This document shows, piece after piece, positions 50,475-63,061 of a stretch of 64,000 nt of DNA; the first letter of the stretch is position 1, and each line of letters starts with the position of its first letter. The notes under the pieces are model-generated. The model was given only the letters and a program-made list of their open reading frames with translations, did no database searches and had not been told where the DNA came from. Source of the DNA: Octopus sinensis. Lineage: Eukaryota. The position numbers were made by a program, and so were the translations under genes. The stretch covers positions 52,018,001 to 52,082,000 of the forward strand of contig NC_043002.1 in NCBI RefSeq assembly GCF_006345805.1, read 5' to 3'.

Positions 50475-51147
50475 TTAAGTTTAGTACTGTGATTTGCTTT
50501 GGATCTTAACAACAGTGGTGAAACGGTGACCTTTGAGCTGCATTTTCATTTTGGGGAAGAGATGGAAGCCTGCAGGCGAATAGAGTGAGTGTGGAAGCAA
50601 TACCATGTTGTTTTTGGTGAGAAACTCAGTGATAGGGTTCATTGTTGTCATGAAGAATCCAATTCTTCCTGCTCCACAGATCTGGTAGCTTTCACCGAAT
50701 GTCCTCCCTCAAACATTTTAAAACCTCGCAATAAAACTCTCGACTGTACAATACCAGTTTTCAAGGGGTGATACTCATGGTAGGTCTTCCAGATCACTCA
50801 TTGTCTTTTGAAGTGCCTATGCCACTTGAGACATCATGTACATCCTATTACCTTGTCACTAGGCTTGCCAAAGTATGCTCAATGTCTATGTAGTAGACTT
50901 CCTAAGTTTAAAGCAAAATTTCACGTTGGCTCTTTGTTCCAACTTTCTTTACATGACAAAATTGCAGACTACAGCATACATGTGATCACAAAAACACAAA
51001 TTTCACAAGTTGTGAAGTAAACACAGCAATGTCACTTGGCACACTACCTCATAAAGGTCACTGCTAGTTCTCACTGCGCATGCAATCTTGTGCTGCCATC
51101 TGTTGGCATGCTATAGAAATAGTTGGGGAACTTGTTGATGCCACCTC
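50475..51147 (-). mobile_element. Mariner transposon relic, internally deleted
   Basis: Minus strand translates to LEQRANVKFCFKL.KS, LHDN..P.H and LPH..YSP....HLFPKMK..LKG.RF with stops and frameshifts. Mariner-like terminal sequence at about 51110-51147. Confidence 0.8.
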
Positions 51148-52502
51148 AGTTGAATATTAAGCAGTTAAATAACATCCACCTCTGTGCTTTTTTAAAAAAT
51201 TTTAATGTTCTGTATGAAGTATTATTATGAAGGTGGCAAGTTGGCAGACTCATGAGAACGCTGGGCAAAATGCTTAGTGGCATTTCATCTATCTTCACGT
51301 TCTGAGTTCAAATTCTGTTGAAATTGACTTTGCCTTTTGTCCTGGGATTTATAAAATATGTACTAGTTGAGCGCTTAGGTTGATGTAATTGACGTACTCC
51401 TTCCCCCAAAATTGCTGGCCTTGTGCCAAAATTTGAAACCAATATTTTGTATGCTTTTTTTTTTATAGATCACTGTTTATTTTGACTTTCTTGACTTTAT
51501 TTCCCATAGATATAATTCAGTCCACAGTAGAATAAAAAGTATGGTAGTCTAGTTTCTAGAATGCATATTCTATTTTTGTATTTGCTTTGTTATTTTAACC
51601 TTGCAAATTTTGACCTACTTTCATTCATAGTTTTCTCATGACGTATACGTAAAATGTCACTGTTCTTTGTTAGAGAGGTGGGAATTCACTTTCAAGCATT
51701 GGACAGCTATATCTTTAATGCATTGATATGTTGCTGTAATTGACTTCTGTGATATTTACATCTTTGTTGTTTGGGAAAAATTAAATAAACTGAACATTGT
51801 ATATTTACATAAGCACAAATAATGATGCTTAGACTATTACACACAGACATGTATGCATGGAAACAAATCCTTGTTTGTAAATGCACAAACTAATAATTTA
51901 GTGCCCTAATCTAACCATTAACCTTTAGCATTCATATTTCTCTGTCAAATGTGTCATCATCATCGTTTAATGTTCATTTTCCATGCTGGCATTGGTAAGC
52001 CGGAGAGCTGCACTAACTTCCAGACTGATTTTGGCATACTTTCTATCCCAACACCAACCACTCCATGAGTGTAATGGGTGCTTTTTACGTGCCACGGGCA
52101 TGGGTGCCATTTACATAACACTGGCAATAGCCATAACTACGATTTCCTGGGTGCCATTTACATGGCCACGACTACGGTTCACTTGTCTTCACGTATTTTC
52201 TCAAGCCCAGCATATTGCCAAAGATCTTAGTCACTTGCTTATTTATTCACATTGTTTTGAAATTAATCATATACTATCTTGTAGGTTTGAGGTTTCAGTG
52301 ATGTGTTTGCTTTTAGAATGACATTGCAAGGTAATTGTCAAAGGCTTGATCTGGTCAGTTTCAACACAAAAATCGGTAGACTATTTGGGCCTGATATGGC
52401 TGGTTTCAATGCAGAGTTAACAGATAATGAATATGGAAGTAATTTGAACCAGAAATATATTTGATTACCTCTTCAACATAGCTTCTAATATTTTTGTTGC
52501 AG

Positions 52503-52704
52503 ATATGAATCAGTATTCTGCTTACAGTTTAATTTCCATGCTCAATGGCAATGAAGCCAACAATAATCGGAATAACACCATCAGTTCGGCATATTCATAT
52601 TCTACTGGCCAACCTCCTGGCTTGAATTTTAACAGGAACAGACCTCCGTTTGAAAATCAACATGGCTTTGGTCAACAAAAAATTCCATTTGATAATAAAG
52701 ATCG
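52503..52704 (+). CDS. HNRNPUL1: hnRNP U-like protein, Asn/Gln/Gly-rich N-terminal exon (ATG at 52505)
   Basis: TTTTTGTTGCAG acceptor, MNQYSAYS...PFDNKDR, GTAAGC donor. Phase 2 matches the next exon. Confidence 0.7.
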
Positions 52705-53315
52705 GTAAGCTAGTTTTCACTTTTAAAACAAACATATATCTTATTTATTAACAGTAAAAATTCTATATTGTTGTCTGATTGTGATGTTATCTGAAATCTC
52801 ATAGAAACAGAGTTGTTCAGTGACAAGTGTGGAATGAAGATGCAGTTTATTTTTTGACATGATCATAAGTCTCATTTATCTTTTCCTCTGAAAATAGTGG
52901 ATGATTATGAAATAGGAGAACTGGAAATGCTACATTAACTAAAAGAGGAAGAGAGACATTCGTGTAGATCATCAAATCAGCTTTTTACCTGATGTAGCAG
53001 TTTGAGTTTTCATGAGCTTCTTTAAACCATGTTGGACAGTTTTGGGAAAATTGCTTTTTGATACTTTCCTTTTGCACAAAATTTAAGATAGCTTTTGAAA
53101 TTTACATAAGATTAGAAAATGGAAAAGGAAAAGATTAACTTGGTTGAAAATATAAATCAATAAAGAATGAATGGACTTGAATGAGTAAATAGTTACTTTT
53201 TTCTGTTGGATGAACAAGAATCAATTGTGAATAAGATTTAGTTTTCTCTATTCAGCAAATGAGCTGATAATTATGAACATGTCTACACTTTTTTTTTTTT
53301 TGTTTTTTACTTCAG

Positions 53316-53447
53316 AAATTATAATGGACATGGTTGGGGTGTGAAGACTGATCCAGAACAAAATGTGGAAGAAATCAATGTAGACCATTCTTTCACAGTA
53401 CTGGACCATTATAACTCAGATCTCAACCTGCTTATAGATCTTGATGG
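53316..53447 (+). CDS. HNRNPUL1: hnRNP U-like exon (pre-SPRY, LD.YNSDL motif)
   Basis: NYNGHGWGVKTDPEQNVEEINVDHSFTVLDHYNSDLNLLIDLD(G). Strong pyrimidine tract plus CAG, GT donor. Not in the ORF track. Confidence 0.88.
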
Positions 53448-53571
53448 GTAAAGTTTTTTTTCTTTTTTAAATGCTTTTCTTGATGTGCTTGTTTCAAATG
53501 TTAAATAATAATTTAATGTACTTCCAAGAATAGTAGTAAGGGTAATATTGTTTAATAAATTAACATGTACC

Positions 53572-55000
53572 AGGAATTCAAAACAGAGTGCCTCTGGGAG
53601 TTCCCCTATGCTGATGACCTTGCTCTAATACCTGAGTCACTACCTGAACTAGAGAAGTTTCGGGTGTAGAAGCCAGGTCTAGAATCGAAGGATCTTAGAG
53701 TTAACTTAGCCAAAGTCTTAGTAAGTAAGAAGGTGGACAAATCACAAATCCCTTCTGGTAGATGGCCCTGCTTGATCCGTAGAAAAGACATAGGTAGAAA
53801 CTCCATAAGATGTACCCTGTGTAAGCTATGGACACTTGATAGGTGCAGCAATATCTAATGAAGGTTAACTGGGAATATAGTTTTTGTGTGTGAAAGATGC
53901 ACAGGTGCCATAAACACCAAAAATGTACAGAAAACAAATTCCATTACATGCCAGGGGAAAAACTAGAAGTAGTTGATAGCTTTTGTTAACTAGGTGACCA
54001 AGTCAGTAGCAGGGGTGGATGTTCTGAGAGCGTAGCTGCTAGAATAAGAATAGGCTAGGCAAATTTCAGAGAGTTCCTACCTCTGCTGGTAACAAAGGAC
54101 CTCGCTCAGAGTGAAAGGTAGACTGTATGATGCCTGTGTGCAAACAGCCATGCTACATGGCAGTGAAACATGGGCTGTGATTGCCGAAGACATATGTAGA
54201 CATGAAAGAAATGAAACTAGTATGCTCCGCTGGATGTATCATGTCAATATGCATACACAACAGTGTAAGCATCCTGAGACTTAAGTTGGACATAAGAAGC
54301 ATCAGATATGGTGTGCAAGAGAAACTACTGTGCTAGTATGGTCATGTGTTGCATATGGATGAGGATAACTGTGTGAAATGTCACACCCTAACCGTGGAAC
54401 GAACCTGTGGAAGAAGTTGACCCAGGAAGACATGGGATGAGGTGGTGAAGCACGATCTTCAAATGTTGGGCCTCACTTAGGCAATGACAAGTGACTGAGA
54501 CCTTTGGAGATATGCCATGCTTGAGAAGACCTGGCAAGCCAAGTGAGATTGTAGTCATAGCCAATGCCAGTGTTGCATAACTGGTCCATTTAAAAGCACC
54601 CTTCAATTGTTGGCTGATACGCAGTGCTTGTGAAGACCTGTTGAAGCGCGTGAAATTGTAGTCATGGCCGATGCCAATGCTGCCTGACTGGCACCCATGC
54701 CAGTGGCACACAAAAGACACCATTCAAGCGTGGCTGATGTCAGTGCTGCCTGACTGGCACCTGTGCCGGTGGCACATAAAAAGCAACATTCGAGTGTGGG
54801 TGATGCCAGTGCTGGTGGCATATAAAAAGCACCCACTACACTCTTGGAGTAGTTGGTGTTAGGAAGGGCATCCAGCTGTAGAAACCATGCCAAATCAGAT
54901 TGGAGCCTGGTGCATCCTCTCAGCTTGCCAGTTCTCAGTCAAACCGTCCAACTGATGCCAGCATGGAAATCAGATGTTAAACGACAATGGTGATGATGAT
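53572..55000 (+). mobile_element. Degraded 3' fragment of the same RTE family, in a hnRNP U-like intron
   Basis: Collinear with 7620-9515 (YADDL, degraded PHD, HGSETW, 3'UTR repeats, (GAT)n tail). Many stops and frameshifts. Confidence 0.9.
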
Positions 55001-55189
55001 GTAACTTTCTTCCACTTCATTATATATAGACTATAGACAGACTTCTCATCCTTTGTAATTGTCTTTTTCACATAAGATAGAAGCTTTATAATGTGACAGT
55101 TATTTAGTTAAATTCATATGATAATGGTGTAGTTAACCTAGTTATATGTGGACATTCAAGTCATTATGGTAAGTTGCATATAAGCTGTC

Positions 55190-56076
55190 GGATCTTTTCA
55201 ATTCTGAAGCCAGGACCACAGATCTTTCTACTTAACTAAATATTCTGAAACTTCGTATGCTGATAGAGTCTAGCAAAACAAGACACAGGTTGGAACTAGT
55301 TTATTTGAGAAAAATCTATTTTATGACTTTAATCGTAGATTAAAACTGCGAATTTTAACCAATCAGATTGTTTGTTTTCATGTGTAAAACTTGACTGCAT
55401 TCTATTAGTGTGACGTAGAAAGCGCTTTTGTGACGTACTAACGTTCGGAAAACTGTAAACAAACACAGAACGTAACGGCAGACGAAATACGGCTACGCAT
55501 TTCGCCGGCGTGCTAACGTTTCTGCCAGCTCTTTGCTTTTTTAATATTAAATTTCTTGCCTTTTGCACAAATAAATACAATAAATGAAATGAAACGCATT
55601 AGCTTAGAAACGAAATCTTGTTAGAAGCCTCGTCACTGAGATGCCACTTCTTAATAGCAAACGAAAGCAAGTACTAACAGAATGGAAACATTTTCAATTT
55701 AATACATGTGGCTTATTAACTAGTTTTAAATATTGTTATTAGAAGGTGGCTGACTATAGGATCCTGGAAACATGAGTACGTTAAATAATTAGAAGGAGAT
55801 TTCACGGAGACATGCGGCTTGTTTACATTTAAGATGTTTAATACGTCACCAAATTGGTGGTCGAGACGGAGTAAATAAAATAAAGCCAAATGACGGAATA
55901 TCATTGGTTAAAATTCTAATTATTAAACAACGTTAAACTTAGATGTTACAATTCCGTTTTCATTCTGGTTTACAATTAAGTTTACTTTTGACACATTCTA
56001 CCAGTATACGAAGTTTCAAATTGTTTGGTTCAGTAGGAAAAATTTGAAAAAACTGGCTTCAGAATTGAAAAGATCC
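55190..56076. mobile_element. Non-autonomous DNA transposon with 24-bp TIR and 8-bp TSD (GG-termini, Merlin-like?)
   Basis: Perfect TIR GGATCTTTTCAATTCTGAAGCCAG at 55190-213 and 56053-76. TSD AAGCTGTC at 55182-89 and 56077-84. Contains a SINE fragment at about 55440-55535. Confidence 0.88.
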
Positions 56077-56885
56077 AAGCTGTCTTATATATTGTATTTA
56101 CTGGTATATAAAACATATATTTTCTTTTTTTTCAAATGTATCCAAAAATTGCTGTGTCTAAAATAACCATAGTATGGATAAGAGACTGAGCACCATAAAC
56201 TAGGGATCTAGATGAGCAAAATAATACTACTAATAATAAAATATTGAAAAAAAAAAGCCAAATTATCATGGACTCTCAGTACAAATTTATGAAAAATTAC
56301 TTGCAGTGTGTTGGCACTTATATGGGAAAGTCACATCATCATTTTATGCCTTTGTCTCAGATTATTTAGTGACTTTATCTTTAAGAAACCTTTATTAATT
56401 ATCTAAATTAAATATTCTTTTAGAAAAATGAAAGCAATTTTAACTGTTCACTCACCTGTTAGCTATTTGCAATTAGTGGATGATCATGGTTACACAGACA
56501 TCACAGCTAGAAATACTATTTTAACATCCTGTATGACAATAGAGATAACTATAGAGTTGATCTGAAATAAGATGAAGTTAAAATATAGTAGTTATATATC
56601 TTAGTTTATGATAAATTTATGGTTTTATACTTTATTCCTATTATTTACATGCATATTTCCCCCTAGAAAGCCTCACTTTAAAATCTTTGATCAAACACTA
56701 AATTTGCTTTTTCCACAAATAGGGTTGCATCTTATGTAAGAGTTCCAGTAAATATGGTAATTTAGTAATGTTTATTACTGTGTGAATTGTCTACAAATAA
56801 TGTATATTTTTGTGTGAATTATCTAGAGACAATGTACATTATTTGTATGTTTTTACAATATAGTTTTTATTTTGTTATCTTGCAG

Positions 56886-56973
56886 CTATGGTGGAACTGC
56901 ATTAACTAATCCTGAAGGTTTCTGTTTCTGTTGGGCTGGAGCTCGTGCAACTTATGGTGTTACTCGTGGAAAG
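56886..56973 (+). CDS. HNRNPUL1: hnRNP U-like SPRY exon
   Basis: YGGTALTNPEGFCFCWAGARATYGVTRGK, matching the family motif GF...WAGARATYG...GK. Weak GTTCAA donor. Confidence 0.9.
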
Positions 56974-58134
56974 GTTCAAATCTTTATATTTTCATTAGCT
57001 CCTTATGAATAATATAGTTTTCAGAATGCTATGAACTGGCAAGAGTCCATTACTGAACTCTTAATACAAAAGAGATAATCCTTTATTCATAATATTTGGT
57101 GCAATTACAAGTTTGAATTTGAAACTAGGGAATAAAGAAAAAGCTGTAGAGAATAGTAGTAGTATGGGAGAATGCCCTGTGACAGTGTGTCCTTGCATTC
57201 ATCATTTGTTGGTGATTCCCTACTGGAAGATGACATCTTTGCACCACATAGGCGATTACCTCTACCCAACCCATGGTTCTTGTTTTACCAGGTCGGAGTG
57301 CAAATTCTACCATGACCTCTTTTAGTTGCCTCTTATGACACGCAGAAAACGTTGGGTCTATTCTTTGACATGCCAGTCCCCACACAGCACTAGAGCAATG
57401 TGAAATGATGTGTTTTGCTTAAGATCATAATGTGCCGCCTGCTCTGGGAATCAACCTGGCGATCATGAGTGCAGCATCCTAACTACTTGGCCATGCACCA
57501 TCACATGCAGAAAGTGTACATTTTTTTTCTTTTGTTACTTATGAAGTATTTAAAATTTCTAGTCACTGGTAATTATATGTAACACTATTTCATTCCTTTT
57601 AGAAATCTTCAGCATGACATAAGCTGTAGTATATAAATTAAACATTTTATGAAGTGAGATTTTTCTAGCTTCGTAAAATGCTATAGATAGGAAATAGATT
57701 GGAAGCAATTCCTAGAATGTGTTTTTTTTTTCTAACCAATTCTATTCTACTATGATAGATAATGTTTCCTGTAATTAGTTATACTGTATAAAATAAATCA
57801 GTTATTGAGCAGTTATCTGCTAGACTAAATAGGCTATTTTAACCCTGTAACTGTATTGTTTTTTCTGTTTTTCCTTCAGTCAAATAGTACCTCCACTCCT
57901 CTTTATTTCTCAATGTCTCTGAATTTTTCTTTCTGTATCTATCATTCTCTTTATCATTTGCTCATTCTCTTTATCACTGTTAATTTATCATCTCTCTAAT
58001 TCTGCCTCTCTGTTGTAGAGCTTTATTTTCTTTCATTTCTCCTCACATTCTATCTTTTCCTCTCTCTCACCGTTTTTTTCCAATTCAGCCTTATACTTTA
58101 CAGCTTATCTTTTGTGTGTGCATAATCCTTGCAG

Positions 58135-58255
58135 GTTTTCTTTGAAGTTCACATAACTGAACACCTTCCTGTAAATTTTGGTGACAACCATAAAGAAACT
58201 GATCCCCATATAGTAAGAATTGGTTGGTCTATTGATAGCTGTTGCTTCCAGCTAG
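58135..58255 (+). CDS. HNRNPUL1: hnRNP U-like SPRY exon
   Basis: VFFEVHITEHLPVNFGDNHKETDPHIVRIGWSIDSCCFQL(G). CAG/GTGAGT boundaries. Confidence 0.92.
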
Positions 58256-58399
58256 GTGAGTTGATACTCATTATATGTTGTGTATTAGGAGATTGGTTGT
58301 ATGTGTGTTTCTCTCTCTCTGTGGCTGTCCTCAAGGCACTAAAATGTAACAGCTTGGGAGAAAAGACAGTGATTTTTAACCTGAGTGGTGGCATCACCT

Positions 58400-58813
58400 G
58401 GATTTTTTCGGTTTGAACAGCAGTTTTTTCTAGCGGTCTCATATGAAATTGTCACCCATAATTATGACCCTAGTATCGATCTATTGCATTTCAATCTGTT
58501 TTAGGGTTAGGGGTGAGGGGAAGGGTATCTTTTTTTTCTTCACAAATGTAAATAAACCCAATCTGTTGCGTAAACGAGGGACATATTCATACAGCACAGA
58601 ATGTTTTTTACCTCAATGGAAATCATTGATTGGTTGAAATTGCAAAAATTGAAGAAAAAAAAACCAACAAATATCTTACAAACTATAGAATTTTCTCAAT
58701 AAAGCTAAGAGAAAAAGATGTTTTATAAACATATTCTACCAGTATACAAAGTTTAAAATTTTTTAGTTACCTAGAAATTATGTTAAAAAATGCCGTTCAA
58801 ACTGAAAAGATCC
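58400..58813. mobile_element. Related non-autonomous DNA transposon with ~30-bp imperfect TIR and 8-bp TSD
   Basis: GGATTTTTTCGGTTTGAACAGCAG...TGCCGTTCAAACTGAAAAGATCC. TSD CATCACCT at 58392-99 and 58814-21. Confidence 0.85.
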
Positions 58814-59218
58814 CATCACCTTAGAAGCATTGTGAGTACACAAGGGGGTGGGGTTCCATGGAGTTGGTGGGTGTTAGTGGAAGTGTATAATTTCTATTAG
58901 TAACTAGCTTAGAAGCTGTACTCCATGCAGACTTTTAAGCTAGTTTTTTTTGATTCACAAAGTTTTGGTATTACTTTGAATTCAGTTTAAATGAAAACTT
59001 CTATGTTCACAAATTTTTGGAGTTCTTTTAAAATTTGAATTTTCAACTGTTAGCATATAACAGATCCCTTCCTAACGTCAACCACTCCAAGTGTGTAATG
59101 GGTTCTTTTAAGTACCAGTTGTGTGACACTTTTCCTGCAAAGTGAACAAAAAAGAAAAAGAAATCCCTGCAGTTTTGGTAATTGTTTTCATGTTTCTCCC
59201 AATTTTCTTCATGTGTAG

Positions 59219-59468
59219 GAGAATCTATGGAATCCTATGGTTATGGAGGTACTGGCAAATTTTCTGTGAACTTGAATTTCTCCAACTATGGTGAACGTTT
59301 TGGTGTGGGTGATGTTATTGGATCACTGCTAGATTTGCAATCTCACCCACCGACAATTTCTTTCACCAAAAACGGCCGTTGGTTTGGAAATGCCAAAGTC
59401 TTGCACGGTTATCCTGTGGGTGTAAAATCTAAAGCTTTATTTCCTCATGTTCTTACAAAAAATTGCCG
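59219..59468 (+). CDS. HNRNPUL1: hnRNP U-like SPRY exon
   Basis: ESMESYGYGGTGKFSVNLNFSNYGERFGVGDVIG...LFPHVLTKNC(R), containing the SYGYGGTGK and LFPHVL.KN motifs. TAG/GTAAGT boundaries. Confidence 0.95.
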
Positions 59469-60909
59469 GTAAGTTTTAATTTTTATTTTTCTCTAGTTGC
59501 TTTTAGTTATTATTAACTTGTAATTAAATATTTTATATTGTTGTGTTATTGAACTGGTAGTTTGTAGTGAACTTAATGAATACACTTTACTATAATAACT
59601 TTTGTTTGTAATCTCAATTTATTATGCCCTAATCATCATCATCATATGTCCATTTTCCATGCTGGCATGAGTTAGATGGTTTAACAGGAGATGGTAAGAC
59701 CTGGGGCTGTACTAGGCTCCATTGTCTGTTCTGGCATGGTTTCTACAGCTCGATGCCCTTCCTAATGCCAACCGCTCGACAGAGCTTTTATGTGGCACCA
59801 GCACTGTTGCTTTTATCATGGTAGCACCAGCACTAGTCTATTAACGTGGCACCAGCACCGGTGCTTTTAACGTGGTACCAGCATCAGTGCTTTTTAACAT
59901 GGCACTAGCATCAGTGTCTTTTATGTGGCACCAGTATCAATTCTGTTTCTTGAGTATAGCAAGGCACAGATATCTCAGCCTTTACTCATCTCCTTTGTAA
60001 GACTCAGTGTTTCATCCTGACAGTAAAATCTTTTAATTTTTTGGTATTCTTCCTATAACTGGAAATGGGGTTTGGAAATAATTTATTTTTTTAACACTTT
60101 TTTATGAAGACATTGTGAGGTGTATCAACTACCTTAACCAAAAATCCAGTTCTCATGATGGCGGTGGCAACGGCAAGCTTGCAGAATCGTTAGCATGCTT
60201 TATGAAATGCTTACCGGTATTTCACCAGTCACTATGTTCTGAGTTTATTGTAAATTCCTGGCCCATGCTGGTGTCATGTAAAAAGTACCCAGTACACTCT
60301 GTGAAGTGGTTGGTATTAGGAAGGGCATCAAGCCATAGAAACTATGTCAAAACAGACAATTGGATCCCTGTGCAGCTCTATGGTTTGTCAAACTGCCCAA
60401 CCCATGCCAGCATTGGAAAACCAGTGTTAAATGATGATTTCTTCATTCATTCTCATCATTTCTGTTCATGAACCCTACTCCATTTGAACTTGCTACTCTC
60501 TTATGCCATGCAAATCTAACACCTCACTTTAATAACTGTAATAATGTCACTCATCACTCTTAGTGTTGTGACCACTGTTAATGATCCAGACTGACTTAAG
60601 TATTATGTACAACATTTTATCCTTACATATTATGATGAAAGAGAATGAATTGTTAAAGGGTTAACTGACAGAATCTGTAAAATATTTGGCAAAACTGCCT
60701 TATGCTCTGAGTTCAAATGATCTATGATTGAACTTTGCATTTCATATTTCCAGAGGCAATAGAATATGTACCAATAATTCACTGGCTTCATTTTAACTGC
60801 CAGTTCTTTAAAATGTGTAGCCTTGTGTCTAAGCTAGAAATTGCTATTTTGCTATGAAAGATAGCACCATTACTGTCTGTCTATTTTTTTTTTTTTTTCC
60901 ATTTTTAAG

Positions 60910-61039
60910 ATTCAAGGTTAATTTTGGTCAGACTGATCCATGGTTTTCTCCGCCACCTGGTTTTGTCTACATAGACCATGTTCCTTTAGCAGACCGTGTA
61001 CGGGGACTTACTGGACCTTGTAAAAAAGCTGATTGTGAG
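60910..61039 (+). CDS. HNRNPUL1: hnRNP U-like exon (end of SPRY)
   Basis: FKVNFGQTDPWFSPPPGFVYIDHVPLADRVRGLTGPCKKADCE. AAG/GTAAAT boundaries. Confidence 0.93.
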
Positions 61040-61209
61040 GTAAATATCTTTAGCCTACATTTATCTAGTTTTATGGAAGCAGTTGTGGTTATTGGTATTG
61101 TAATAGTCTACAGTTTCTTGCTAATTACTATGAACAGTATCAAGTTTTCACATAGCTTGTGAAAATTGCTTGCACATGAATAACACTATAGTTGTTTGTA
61201 AATTTTTAA

Positions 61210-61423
61210 CCCTTTCATTACCATATTTCTATCAAAATAGTCTGCCTTCTTTTCAGTTAATTTAAAAAAAAATGAATTTAGTAAAATAATTTTGTAGTTA
61301 TTAAGCTGGTGTTTGAAACATATTAATATGAACTTTTGAAAGATTTTAATTTTGATCTCTTTAAAACAGGAAGTTTGTTTCCTAGAACCAGGGGCAGTTT
61401 CAGGCAAGTTGGTATCAAAAAAG
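61210..61423. mobile_element. piggyBac-like MITE (TTAA-flanked); a similar TTAA-bounded element lies at 51922-52416
   Basis: TTAA-CCCTTTCATTACC...GGTATCAAAAAAG-TTAA, imperfect TIR. Confidence 0.45.
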
Positions 61424-61671
61424 TTAAAAGATGATCTATATTTGACAACCTTCTTGCAAAGTTTTGTATAAAAAAATTGAAGGATAAAGAGTAGCTTTTG
61501 ATTTTTACTATCCAAAAGGGTTTCTCAACCCAATTTTTACATGCTGTTATTTATAGTTTGATGTGTATTCTTAAAAATATTTCAAAGAGAACTATTTCAT
61601 GTTCTCTCAAAAGTTGAGAAAATTCTTATGATGTCAACAATGTATAGTTTTCAATTTTCTTCATCTCTATA

Positions 61672-62380
61672 TTCTCAGTTGAAATTTGGCTGGAATCCTG
61701 TGTTCTATCAGATTTTCGTTGATTCTTCAGAATCAGGAAAATCCTGTACTAAACAAAAGTCAGCTGCCTTCCATGCTATGCTGCCCTTAACAAAATCATA
61801 AAGCGTGGTCTAGATGCTGCAGCTTCTGCTCCCAGCTTGAGCCAGCTGGGTTATACTAAGGGGACAGTAAAAGGCTTGAGGGTATAACAATTTTCCCATT
61901 CCATGGTGATAGGCCCCTAATCTAGGATGCCACATTCTGTGACACCTCCAGTGGCAACTTGGTGTGTTCATCCACCAACCCAGACTTTGCTGCTCATCAA
62001 GCTGAGAAAAGCAAGTTGTATTTAATTTTTTTCATATATATATTTCCAGTTGAAATTTGGCTGGAATCCTGTGTCCTATTTTTGTTTTCTTCAGATTCAG
62101 GAAAACTCTGTCCTAAACAAAAATCAACTGCCTTCCATGTCATGTTGTCCTTAAAATCATAAAGCATGGCCTAGATACTGCAGGCTTCCCTTCCCAGCTC
62201 AAGCCAGTGGGGCTAGACTGAGGGGACAATAAAAGGCCTGATGGTATAACAATTTTCCCATTCCATAGTGGTAGGCCTCTCATCTAGGATGCCACATTCT
62301 GTGACACCTCCAGTGGCAACTTGGTGTGTTTAGCCTCCAGCCCAGGCTCTGCTGCTCGTCAGACTGTGAAAAGCAAACTG
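61672..62380 (+). repeat. Tandem duplication with ~371-bp period
   Basis: CAGTTGAAATTTGGCTGGAATCCTGTG...GTGACACCTCCAGTGGCAACTTGGTGTGTT occurs at about 61676 and 62047. Confidence 0.9.
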
Positions 62381-62844
62381 TCAAAGTATCAGTTGATCTC
62401 TAACAGGTTTATGGTTGAACCTGTCACAGCAGAGAACTTCAACATTCTCAGTACCCCGATCATATCTTTGTTCACTGCTGTTGAGGCAGAGATAACTATT
62501 CTCAAGTGCAAGCCCTGTTCCATTGCATCTCCCTTGCCATCCTCCAGGGCAACACCTTTCTCATTCTGTCTGCTGTGACCAAGAGGTGGTCTGAATTACA
62601 GGAAATCAAAAGAATGTGAGAACTTCGTAGCTTGCTTCATGAACAATAGACTTATACAACTCCTCACATGCATACTCCTTTTGTACATGTTTTGGACCTT
62701 ATAGTTAATTGAAGAAATTAGTATTTGACAACCTGTTGTAAAATACAATTATGTAGTGTTAAAGTGTTTTATTTCTAGCTGTTCTTTTTGTTTTGTGTAT
62801 CTTGTTATGTGTATTTTTGATCATTTATTTTAAATTTATTCTAG

Positions 62845-63061
62845 ATGAATATGATTGTCGGTCTGCCTGGTGCTGGTAAGACCACATTAGGCATTCTGAA
62901 ACAGAAGAACTTCCCAGATAAAAGATATAATATTATTGGAACAGACACGCTCATTGATAAAATGCGTGTGATGGGTCTTGCAAGAAAAAATAACTACCAT
63001 GGTCGTTGGGAAGTTTTGATTCAGAAATCATCAAAATGTTTGAACAGGTTGTTTGAAATAG
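62845..63061 (+). CDS. HNRNPUL1: hnRNP U-like P-loop (AAA_33-type) exon; gene continues beyond the right edge
   Basis: MNMIVGLPGAGKTT (Walker A)...YNIIGTDTLIDKMRVMGL.RK.NYHGRWEVLIQKSSKCLNRLFEI. TAG/GTGAGA boundaries. Confidence 0.95.
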
